Assembly: GCF_036321535.1 (NCBI RefSeq)
Contig: NC_087437.1
Span: 31,684,001 to 31,748,000 of the forward strand
Origin: Camelus dromedarius
Lineage: Eukaryota
Length of the DNA stretch: 64,000 nt
Direction: 5' to 3'
Part shown: positions 25,285-37,015 of the stretch, one piece after another
Layout of the letters: the number at the start of each line of letters is the position of its first letter
Position numbering within the stretch: the stretch's first letter is position 1
Notes under the pieces: model-generated
Database searches by the model: none
The model's input: the letters and a program-made list of their open reading frames with translations, nothing else
Told to the model about the DNA's origin: nothing
Program-made: the position numbers and the translations under genes

Positions 25285-26474
25285 AGCCCAACTGGTTTTT
25301 GACAAGTGTGCACAAGCAATTCAGTAGAGGAAGAATAGCCTCGCCTTTTCAACAAGTGGTGCTGGAAATCTAAAACTTTGATCCAAACCTCATACCTTAC
25401 ACAAAAATTACCTCAAAATGGATCATAAACTTAAATGTAAAACACAAAATTATTAAACTTATAGAGAAAAAGAAAATCTTTGTAACCTAGGTTCTTAGAC
25501 TTGAACTCATAAAAGGAAAAATTAATAAGTTGGATCTCAGCAAAATTAAGAACTTTTGCTCTGTGAAAGACCCTGTTAAGAGGATGGAAAGGCAAGTATT
25601 TGCAAAGCACAAATCTGAGAAAAGTCTAGTATCTAGAATCTACTTTTTAAAAACTCTCAAAGCTCTACATCAAAAAAAAAAGTCCAATAAGAAAATGAGT
25701 AAAATATTGGAGTAGAAACTTCATCAAAGCAGATACACAGATGTCAAATAAGCACAAGAAAAAAATGTTCAACGTCATTAGCCATTAGGGAAATGCAAAT
25801 TAAAACCATGAGATACTACTATACTTCTATTGCAATGTCTAAAATTTTAACTGAGTATACCAAGTGTTGACAAGGATCAGAGAAACCAAATCACTCAACT
25901 TTGCTGATGGGAATATAACATGGTGCAGCTGTTCTAGAAGATAATTTTGCAGTTTTCTCTAAAACTAAAAATGCGCTTACCACATGACCCAGCAATTGTA
26001 CTTTCAGGCATTTGTCCCAGAGAAATGAAAACCTATGTTCATGCAGAAATTTACACCTCAATGTTCATAGCAGCTTTATTCATAATAGCCCAAACTGGGA
26101 ACAACCCAAATGTCCTTCAATGAATGAAGAGCAAACTATGCTACATCCATGCAATGGAACACTACTCAGCAATTAAAGAGGTACAGTTTATTAATACATG
26201 GTCAAGGGACTATGCTGAATGAAAAAAATCCAGCCTCGACAAGGTTACATACTCTATGAGTCTATTTATAAGCATTCTTGAAATAAAATTATAGAGAAGG
26301 AGAATGGGTTAGTTGTTGCCAGGGATTAGGGATGGTGGGGATAGGAGTAGGTGCACCTATAAAGGGGTAGAAGATGGCAGCTTTGTGGTGATAGAACAAT
26401 CCTGTATTTTTATTTTATTGATAGTTATACAAAGCTACATGTGTGCTAAAATTGCATAGGGCTATGTGCGCGCG

Positions 26475-26528
<54 letters not shown>

Positions 26529-26722
26529 GAGTGTGTATCACTGGTGAAATCTGAATTAGCTCCATGGACTGTACCAAGATCAGTTTCTTAGTTTGATAGT
26601 GTACTATACTTATACAAAATGTCAGCATGGAGAAGGGAGGAGGAAAAATGGCACAGGATCTCCCTAATCGCTTCCTTACAACTTTCTGTAAATCTAAGTA
26701 TTTCAAAATAAAAAAAAAAAAT
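25285..26722 (+). mobile_element. L1MC/L1MD-like LINE-1 ORF2 C-terminus and 3' UTR
   Basis: Peptide DLSKIKNFCSVKDPVKRMERQ; motif gggaaatgcaaattaaaacc; poly-A at 26706-26721. Confidence 0.88.
26463..26528. repeat. Compound (CG)7(CA)21 microsatellite within an alternating purine-pyrimidine tract
   Basis: Read directly: CG run 26469-26482, CA run 26483-26524. Confidence 0.97.
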
Positions 26723-27339
26723 TTAATATATCTATATAGTATTTTATGATCCCTTCATTAAATAATAAATCTAGTCTCTGAGGTTTTTTAAATGCTAGTT
26801 TATATTACATCAATATGCCTTGGTAGTAAGGTTATAGAGCCTTCCTAAAAACATAATCACCTAACATAATTTCAAGTGCATTTAACTAAGCTAATAGGAC
26901 TAAGAACAACAGAAAAATCTTATCAAGGCAAATAAATTGATTGTCTGAGATCAATAATATTAATTAAACTTGTGTCAGCTAGCAAATTATATAACACTTA
27001 TTTTAAAAGCTAAAAACATGTTTTGGCTACAAACTTTGACAACATTACACACATTTTAAATAACAAATACTTTTTTTTTTTAAATACCAGCTTTTATTTT
27101 TGATCTCCATGGATATAGCCTTATGGTGTGAGTTGATTCTGCATGGTATAGTTCTTCATTTGAAAAGCTGACATAAAAAGAAGTTCGAAACATTTTTTTA
27201 AGAAGCAAAATAAATACTAGTTCCTCTAACTCAATTGTTTTCATTTTTCCATTTTATCTTCTATACCTCCACATGCTCATCCATTTTTCCATACTTATAA
27301 TCACAATATAAATGCCAATAACTATTCTAAAATATATAG

Positions 27340-27717
27340 TGTTATTGGCTGAAATGTGTCTCTCAAATTCATGTGTTAAAGTCCTAACTCCCCAGTACCT
27401 CAGAATATAACTGTATTTGGAATTAGAGTTCTTAAAGAAATAATTAAATTTAAGTTGGTGGGCTCTAATCCAGTTTGACTGGTGTCCTTATAAGAAGAGG
27501 AAATTTGGAAACAGACACACAAAGACGGAAGACCGTGCGAAGACACAAGGAGAAGACGGCATCTGTAAGCCAAGGAGAGAGGCCTGGAACCGATCTATGC
27601 CTCATGACTCTCACAAGAAACCAACCTAGCTAATGCCTTAATCTCAGACTTCTAGCCTACAGAACTGTGAGAAAGTCAATCTCTACTTTGTGATGGCAGC
27701 CCCAGCAAACTAATGTA
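27340..27717 (+). mobile_element. MaLR solo LTR (MLT1A/B-like)
   Basis: tgttattggctgaaatgtgtc...cccagtacctcagaat...gactggtgtccttataagaagagg...cagaactgtgag...gcagccccagcaaactaat. Confidence 0.9.
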
Positions 27718-30700
27718 GTAAACCCCATATACACTGCACACATTATTCAGACACTTTAGAAGATTTGCACATTAAAATTAATTTACATTTAAAATCAAGT
27801 TCTAAAACAGGAACAAAGTTTCTAGGAAAAGGCATTGTTTAATATTTTCTTGCTGACAAAATATGCTGAATATTAAATAGCAGATAGAAATGAAGTATTT
27901 CCTACTCTTTACTGAGTGATTATCACTTTATATAACAATATTTTTAAGTTTACTTGTTCATAGATTAGTTTTTCCTCAAACCAGAATATACCTATTTTAG
28001 TGGAAGAAATTTTAGAAAAAAAGTAGTATTTTTACCAAGGCAGAATACTTAGCAAGTTTAGAATCAATTTGCTTCCACTCTCAAAATAACTATTGACTGA
28101 ATAACCCTTAAACTTTTAAAATTCAAGTTCTGAATTAGGCTTGGAAATGTAGTCCACATTTTTCATAAAATTGATGAAATTAGGGCTAGAATAGGCCTAT
28201 TTGCTTATCCTATTAAAAATGTTTCCTTCTTTTTGATGTGTGTTTATTGCCTTACCGAGTCTGACATTAAATAATTTGGGGCTCAAAATACTTGCCTCTG
28301 AAATGAAGGGTGAGGTAAGACAAACACATATTTAGGACTGTCAACTAGTCATGTAGTGGAAACCTCATTTAGTAGGTATTTATTGAGCTTCTGTTAATTC
28401 GAGGATGTTGCGGTAGAAATTATTGGACTAAAAAATGAATGAGATATTACCTCTGGCCTAAGATAACAGTCCAGTAGTAGATCACATGTATGCATGTGAT
28501 CAGTGCCATAGAAATGGTGTAACTGATGTGAGTTTCAGATTGAGTCAGAGGCAGAGGTAGCATAAGAGCTGTGGTAGGTCTAATGTATGAGGCTAGGAGG
28601 ACCTTCCTCATGGGGTCACGCAAGGACAGGGAAAGCGTAAGATAGGTCCAATTTCCAAAATAGATTGATCATAATTTCAGAACCCCAAACTGAGACACAT
28701 GACTGACAATTAGGAAGTTGTATTAATGGCAAATAAAGGAATGAATGTTTGACATTAGGATTGCCATAGCTACAGGGGATGTATAGTTTGCCAAGGGTAA
28801 ATTAATTGACCCCTGTTGAATTTACTCTCCTAATTCCATGTTAGAAACATTGTACCTCCTGTTAGTTTTGAAATCTTGCTGTACTTTTTTCCATGTATTA
28901 GAATATATTTCACAAATGAATTTGTATTGCAGATTCTTATTCTTTTAATGTTAGGTAGAAAGTCACATTGACATGAGTAGTTATTTTAGAGACAGATAGT
29001 AGTGTGCACTAACAGTCAGCCTGCAAACCCAAGCAGTATCCTTCTGGCAGACGATAAATAGGTGACAGCATGTGCATGCTCCTCTGCAGTGTCACTCTGA
29101 CTCAATCACAGACAGATACGGTTAGGTACAGTACAGTTTATTCAGCCATGAGAAGCCATGTTTCTGGCTACAAAAATACCCTGGAGTTTTTAGGTCTGAA
29201 GAAAAATTGCAACCTCCTTATTTTCTTTAGCTACAGTCTTTTAAAAATTCTATGTACTACTGTGCTAGTAGTTTTCATCACACAAATGGGAACACATCCA
29301 TAAATTTTTAGTAGCATATAGCTATTCCTAGGGGAAAAATTTCCATATAAAAAGGAATCATTGGTATATAGAAGACCCACTTACTTGGTCCCTGCCAGTT
29401 TATTTCTCTAGGTTTTCCGTTTTGAGTAGAAGTTAAAGATGAAGAAGGTGCCAGACCCCTTGTGTTCATGCCCTAGGTCTACCTTAAATGCCACTTTTTC
29501 TTCCAGGCAGACTTTCTTCCCACAGAAAGATGTCTTGCCTTTCTCTTCTTGGACCACATTCCTTATCCTACTCGTCCGTCTTCTTAAGGCATGCTCTCTT
29601 CTCAGTGCTCTGTTCAGCATATTGTGTTATTTCTGTAACCATTTACTGGCCATATTGCCTCTGCAGCTATGTGCCGTGTCTGCCCCATGGCTGTCTACTT
29701 CTGGTCTTCACTGGCCCATGTGGTTGCTATTTCTGCTGTGGTGGCTCCAAGACCAATAAACCAAGCAGACCCTCTTTGATACCTAATCACATGCTAAACC
29801 CATCACATGATCCAGGATAACTAAGCAAGGAAGGGAATGCCAAGTGAACTCTCTGGAAAAGCAGACTGTCCAGATTTTCGTGTAGATCACAGCTTCATTG
29901 ATTCAGTTAATTGTGGTTGTACAAATTTTATAGTATTTTTATTATTATTTCATGTGCGTTTGTGTACTTTAATGGCTTAAGACTGCAGTGCTAAAAAGAC
30001 TGATGAAGGGAGAGCTTGATAATTACCATTCTGAGGATAATACGTTCCATGCATTTCTCACAAAATTATATAAAATTAGCACATTTATATCTACATAATG
30101 CTGTGAAGGCATATTTTTATTAAACTTAATCTAAGCAGACAGAATAATGAGAAGTGATTACTATGATGAAATTCTTGTCTCATTTTGAGGGGACAGAGTG
30201 TTATTAGTCTCATTAAGGTATATTAACTAATACTTTCTGCCCATAAAATTATTGGTTTTAGACACTGTATCCTTTTATTTCTCTCCACCCCTCCCACCTT
30301 TCTTCATAATTCGTATAGAATGTATCCTGGTTATCTTCTAGAAATGCCTCCCAACCAGCTCATGCTAGCATATTTAAATTTGCTTTTCTGAATCATGTTG
30401 CCAAGAAAACAATTTAATTTCAATAAAACCCAGAATATTACACAGGTATTGTGTTATTCATTCATGTGAGTATTTAAAAAGCAGACAGGATTGCCATTTA
30501 ATACAATTTAAGTGTTTCATGCCTCATTTAGCAATACAATCCTTTTTCTCATTTCTTTTTCAGAATAACTACTCAATTAAAATTTAATCTTTTGGTTAGG
30601 TAGCACTATACTTAGAAAAGTCATCTTGACTTTTAACTATTAATTTTCTAAAAGAAAATAGTCATTTTCTTGGAGAGCCATTTTATGATTCAATGTTACC

Positions 30701-30729
30701 TATTGGTAAACTTTGAATTTTCTTTACAG

Positions 30730-30915
30730 AAATAAGGATACTAAATAAAAGTTTGACAGTGTCCCAGAGAAATAATGTATGCCTTGAAGAGGAAATGAAA
30801 AATCTGAAATTATTGTCAGATGCAGCCATACTGAGGTCTCAGCAGATTCAGACATCCAAACAACAGGAAGTAAACTTGCAAATCAGATGCCATGGCTTGC
30901 AAAAAGAAGTACTAG
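30730..30915 (+). CDS. LEKR1: Internal coding exon (186 bp, phase 1-1) of LEKR1
   Basis: Acceptor ttttctttacag|AA and donor CTAG|gtaaaa. Translates (E)IRILNKSLTVSQRNNVCLEEEMKNLKLLSDAAILRSQQIQTSKQQEVNLQIRCHGLQKEVL. Overlaps ORF-track entry 30753..30953 and continues the spliced frame. Confidence 0.93.
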
Positions 30916-31619
30916 GTAAAAGAGAGTTATTTTTTGCCATTTTTAGCAGATAGCCAAAGTAAAGAAATGTCTAAATTTTTATTTTTCTTATAATTCTAAC
31001 AAAATCTTGTTTTAATTAGTTTGTGTTGAAAATATGCCTAATTATTAGTAATGATGCCAATAACAGTTTCTGTGATAAATGTTTGTTATCATCCATGCCT
31101 ATTCTGCCGTTTAGAGTGGCAAGACTTAAGTGGAAATATACTAAATACATTTCAGGTACAAAGTGGTATTTCAGGAAAACAGTGGAATTTACTTTCCTAT
31201 ATCATTATCCTCAGTAGATGGTGGTTTAGAATATCAAGGTGAAATACAGTATGTGCTGTTATATAAGGTGATTCCAAATTTTTAGGCATTCCTTCCTTTT
31301 TCCAAATGAAAAGATTAAAAAATATGTTTTGGGAACCTTGGGCAAAGATTTTAAATTTTTACCTTAGAGCAATGATGATCTTGGAAGTAAGGCTATGGTA
31401 TGGCGTTTATACTTTTTCCTAAAGGCAGTAAGGAATCATTGAAAACTGAAAATCAGGAGAATGATATAACACAAGCAGTGTTTTAGCAAAATTAAGCTGT
31501 TAGCAACGTATGGAGGTGTTCTGAACGTCAAAGAATTGAAGTCAGTTAGCCAATCAGAAAACATCTTTGCTAGTAACCCAGTCCCTAGACTAGCCATAAG
31601 AACCTGAAGTAGGGAAGGG

Positions 31620-31850
31620 AACTGACATTTTTAAGGTCCTAATGTTATTAGACACCATGTTAGCCCTATATATAAATTACTCCAGTTAATTCTCACAGTG
31701 ACCATGGAAAACAGGTATAATTATCCCATCTTAGAGGAGAGAATCAAGGCACAGAAAGGTAACATGCCTGTTCCCACATAGCTGGTCAATGGCAGAGAAT
31801 GAAAGCAAACCTAGTTGAACTCCGAGGCTTATGCTCATCCCACTGTATCT
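31620..31850 (-). mobile_element. MIR SINE
   Basis: MIR core attatcccatcttagaggagagaatcaaggcacagaaaggtaacatgcctg. Confidence 0.7.
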
Positions 31851-32114
31851 CTGTGGCCCTCTCCATGGCCACAGTGGAAAGGCTCAAATAGAATCAAGGT
31901 TGAAAAGACTTCCAGGACCGGAGGTGAATACCTGGCTGCGTAGACAAGCAAGAGAAAGAAGTCACAGGGGGCTCTTAACCTCTTTGCTTGAGGGTCTTTA
32001 ATGGAGGGATCACATCACAGATTAGGGAAATCTGGAGAGAAACTAGTTATGGAAGAGAATATAAGTGGTCATATGAATTTGGAAGCATTATGAAACCAAA
32101 CATAAATTTGAAAA

Positions 32115-34860
32115 TCAGATATTTTAATTTTTTCTTTTGTGAATTACCTATTCATAGATTTTGCCAATTTTCTATTGCATTACTAGAATTTTCCTTAATA
32201 AATTTTAAGAGCAGGTATAGTATTTATTAATCTTCTATTTTCAGTGTATTTCTAATGTGTAATTTGTCTGTTGACTTTTTACAGTAAATTGTACCATATC
32301 AAAGTTTTTCATTTTGGTATGATCAAATTACTACCTTTTATAATTTCTAGTTAGTCTTGGTTAAAACAGTCTGTTCCATTTCTAGGTTATACATATGGTC
32401 TTACGTTTTCTTTCATTTATGTCATTAATATGTATGGAATTTTTCATATGACATGAGATTTGGGCATCCAGCTTTATTCTTTCCAAATGCATAGCCAGTT
32501 GCATCAGTATTACATGTTAAATTATCCATCCTTTTCCCACTAAATAAAGTTACTATCTATCATATGTCAAAATTTCATATATATATCAGCATCTATTATT
32601 ATGTTCTCTTTTTTGTTCCACTAATTTATTAGATGTAGCATTAATATCATATTCATTTGACTTAATAGCATATTCTCATAGCTGATAAGTCTTTCTCTTC
32701 CTCTGTCCTTACTTTTTAAATATGTATTTGGTGGCAGTTATTTTTCGATTTGAACTTTAATATCCTTTATTAATAACCTCTAATTCAAAGACTCTGATAG
32801 ATATCCAGTAAAGATTTTCTCTTCAAATCTGTATACTTTTCTTTCATATTTATTCACAGGCAGTTATTCTTCTACATAAACTTTAAGATAATTTCATTCA
32901 ATTCTAATCCCAGCAGGGATTCTAATTGAGATTGCACTAATTTTTTTAATACTAATTTTTAGAGACTTGACAGTTTTAGTGATATTAAGTCTTCTTAATA
33001 TTATAAAAGTTTATTTTATAATATTTATACTAATTTTTAGAGACTTAGTTTTAGTGATATTAAGTCTTCTTAATATTATAAAAGTTTTCTCAATCAAGAA
33101 TATGGTATGTCTTTTCATTTCTTTAAATGTTTTATGTTCTTTAATATGATTTTATAGTTTTATTTGACTATGTTTTTTTGCCATTCTTTTAAAATTTATG
33201 ACTATCATTTTTTAATCTACTGTGAATGAACTATTTTCTCTATCTCAGTGTCTTGGTATTAATAGAAGAAAGAAAGGCTATTGATTTTTCTGTTTGTCTT
33301 ATATCCACTAAATTTGCAAAGTTCTCATTTTAATTCTAGTAGTTTTTATTAATGTGTCTTAGGTTTTCTAGTTATACAATTATATCACCAGCCCCAACAT
33401 CCCTCCAAAAGAGTTTATCTATTCTTTTCCAGTGTTTATATATTTTATTTTTATTTTCATATCTTGTTGATATCTTATTAAATCCATTTGAACTGTTAAG
33501 ACTGTGTTAAACACTGATGGTGACAGTGATCATCCATGTCTACTTCCTGATTTTAATTGAAATCATTTGGCATTTTGCCACTTGGAATTATATCTGATGT
33601 TTGGTTTTTGGTAAATATTGTTTATTTTTAATCAAATATTTTCCTTCTATTCCAACTTTACTTAGATATTTTATTAGAAATGCTTTTGTATTTTGTTAAA
33701 TGCCTTTTCAGCATCTATTCATATAATAGCTTGTTTTTTCTCCTTTAACCAACTGGTAAAATGGATTAGTATTACTAAATTTCCTGATATTGAAGCATCT
33801 TTGTTTTTGTGGAGTAAATCCTACATAACTTACTTTTTCTATATCATTTTCTACATGGTTATATTTTATTTATCAGTTCAGTACCTATATTTATAAATGA
33901 GAATGGTCTATAATTTTTATTTATTACAGGGCACCAATTCTTTCAGAGTTTTGTGTTAAAATTAAGTGACGTTAATAAATGAATAGGTTTAATAACATTT
34001 GATTATCAGTTTTTTAAAAGTTACATAAAACTTGATTATGAACCCAGTGATCATTAAGATTCATTTATGAACTCATCTGATTCTGAAGCCTCTTTCAGTG
34101 GTAGTTATGTAATATTTCCAGAGTTTTCTGTAGTAATTTAGCTATTTAAATCTTCAGTTCTTCTCAGTTCAGCTTTGATTATTTATATTTTGACAAGAAA
34201 TAATTCTTTTTATCTAGATTTCAGATTTGTACTCATAATATGGCATGTAATACTCTTATTTTTAAAATATCTGCTCTGTCTGTGGTTATAACTCATTTCT
34301 GATTTTGAACATTGTCTATTTTTATTTATCTCTTATTATTTATCAGACACCCAAAGAACTAGCTTTTGAATGCTTTCTACTACTTTTATTTTCCATGACA
34401 TTACTTTTCACTTCTATGTTTATTACTTTTTTCTTCCTGGCTTCTTTTTTGTTTTTATTCTTATTTTTCAGACTTCTGAAGGGACTTCTAAATTATGTTA
34501 TTCCTCATCTTTTTGGTTTAATAATAGAGGCATTTCAAAGTATAAAATTTTTTGCATAAACTTTGTGTCTCATAGCTTTTAATATGAATTATTTTCCTTT
34601 TCAATGCTATCTAAATACTCTGTAATTTCTCATTTTTTCCTTAAGTCGAAAGGTTATCTAGGAATATATTTCTTAATTTCTAAGTACTTAATTGCTTTGG
34701 AAGAGAGTTACTTTTTTATTATTTTTTTAACTTCAGGATATTCTGATTAAATAATGTAACATAACCTCTTTGAATTTTTTAAGCTTTTCTTTATGTTGAG
34801 TGCATGATCAAGTTTTGTAAATGTTCCTTATAAGTTCAAAATAAAATATATTTCTCAACT
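32115..34860 (-). mobile_element. Ancient L1ME-like ORF2 fossil
   Basis: Degenerate but colinear ORF2 motifs: gggattctaattgagattgcact, catccatgtctacttcctgatttt, aaatgccttttcagcatctatt. Confidence 0.75.
32949..33087. repeat. Direct duplication of about 62 bp (32949-33012 and 33027-33087) with an inverted spacer
   Basis: The two copies are identical except for a 3-nt (gac) indel; also visible as the repeated peptide VLVILSLLNIIKV in ORF 32967..33149. Confidence 0.92.
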
Positions 34861-35219
34861 TGATGGATGTAATGGTAACTTAGCTAGGGGTAGGATACTT
34901 GAGTTCTTTTTTCTCAGTAGATTGTATATGCTAATGGTTTGACTTCTAGCTTTCAGTGTTGCAAATGAGAAGTCTGCTGCAGCTCTGATTCTTTTTCCTT
35001 TAAAGATAACTCATTCATTTACCTGGAAGCTTGTTAAGTTTCTCTACCTCTTGTTTTTTCTTTTTTTTTTTTCCCCATGGGACCTCAGGAACATTCAGTT
35101 GAATCACTCATAATCATTGGTTCATGACATATTATATACTGGCCAGGACTACATATAGTGTTGAATAGAATAGGGTTGGTGGGCATCCTTGTCTTATCCA
35201 CAATTTTACAAAAATATGA

Positions 35220-37015
35220 AGCTAAATAACTTTGAGATTTAAGCAGAAATTATTATGAATGTAAAATAAAATATCTGGAATTTAGTAATATGGAAAAGCA
35301 CTATATCAAAAACTTGTAGGATGCAGTCAAAGCGGTGCTTTGCGAGAGATGTAAAGCTTTAAATACATAAGAACAAACTCAGAGAACATAGAAGAAAAAA
35401 TACAGTAAAAATAAGAGCAGCAGTCAGTGAAATAGAGAACAAAGATACAGTAAAGAAGATCAATAAACAAAACATTGATCAAAGAAAATAACAAAATAGT
35501 CAAACCTCTGGCAAGTTTGATCAGAAGAAGAGAGAAGATACAAATGAAAAATATAACGAATGAAACAGGAGCAATGACTACAGATAAAGAGTAAAAGCTG
35601 ACTCCAATTTAATCATCAAAGGCATTTATCAAAAGGATATTATTTAGATGTTCAGAATCTCTGAGAAGGTGATAAGGAGAATGGGGCCTAGAGATGCTTA
35701 GAAAACCATGAAGCTAGAACTGCCATAAGAATCATTGGGTGAGGTTGCAGCTGTTGTGTTCTTAAAACACCGGACACTTGGTCCCCTCGCCCCTCCTCTG
35801 GTCCTGCACCAGCTGATCTCAAGATGAATTCTCTACTGCTTCTGCTGCTTAGTGTCAATTGTACCTATGTCAGATCTTGAGGAAAATATTTTAAAAATTA
35901 GCCTGGGAAGAAAGAACCATGTTTGGCCACCTAGCTCTAGCATAGTTAGAATGTGTTGTTATAGGAGTGTGTAGCAGCTGTACAAATGCCAATGTATATT
36001 TTTAGAACAGAATAGCAAATCCAGAAGTAGCATCAGATTTTAATATAAGGATCACTAACAGATGGAAAAAACCCAAATTTTGTAATAAGTGGCATATGGA
36101 TAACTAAAACAAAATAAACCAAATACACCAAAATAAACCTCAAATTATATAGGTTAAAAAATAACAGAAAAAAACTAGCACCAAAAAAAAAAAAAGATAT
36201 AGAACTTATCCTAATCACAGAGTGATAAAGCAGCACTTTGAAAATAGCAAAGAGTAAGATTGACAGATCTTGTCTATAAAAATGTAGAATCTCTGACTTC
36301 AAAAAGTGCCAACCAACCTAAAGTTAGAAGATGGGCAAAAAAAATTTGTATCATATATGGTATGCAAAGGTTAGTATCCATACCATATAAAGAATTTATT
36401 CAATTGTTTAAGAAAACTCCAAGACCCCAAGCAGGCAAATGGTTGAAAAACAGAAACAGACAGTTAACACAGGAAATATGATAAACAAGAAGGAAACATT
36501 CAATTACTAATAACTAAACAAAAATAAAACATTTACCTCCTTTTAAACTAGTACAGACTTTAAGTGATAGTTTCTCTTCCTTTGGTGATAAAAATTATTG
36601 TGTTTTTCTAACCCATAATGCTTGTGATGAAGTAATCTCCATCTTATGAATTTATGTTAGAAAACTGCAGAAAAAATATTTATATGCAAAGATCATATTT
36701 TTAATAGTGAGTGATTAGAAATAATTTATCCTTAACTCTAGGGAAATGGGTAATAAATTACCATATACCATAACTTGAAACATTATTTAGACTTATGACA
36801 ACATGGGAAATGCTATAATTATTACATAGTAATAAAATGCACAAAATTCTGTGTATATTATAATACAGTTATGTCAAAATAGGTGTATTTGTCAATAGAA
36901 ACCAGAAGAGAACATGAAGATATGAAAATAAATTTTAGTGTGATGGAAATATGAGTGATTTTTCCCGTTATTTATTTTTTTTCTGATTTTAACAATAAAC
37001 TTTCTTCAAAAAAGA
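35220..37015 (+). mobile_element. Ancient plus-strand L1 ORF2/3' fragments, interrupted at about 35600-35990
   Basis: tatcaaaaacttgtaggatgcagtcaaagcggtgctt; aaacctctggcaagtttgatc; caaagggttagtatcc-like motif at about 36365. Confidence 0.6.

Noticed and set aside
29408..29820. Overlapping ORFs of 70-110 aa
   Set aside because: No recognisable homology or convincing exon structure.
30916..30953. Extension of the LEKR1 exon to the ORF-track stop (GKRELFFAIFSR)
   Set aside because: Read-through into the intron past a good GT donor at 30916; the LEKR1 similarity ends at EVL.
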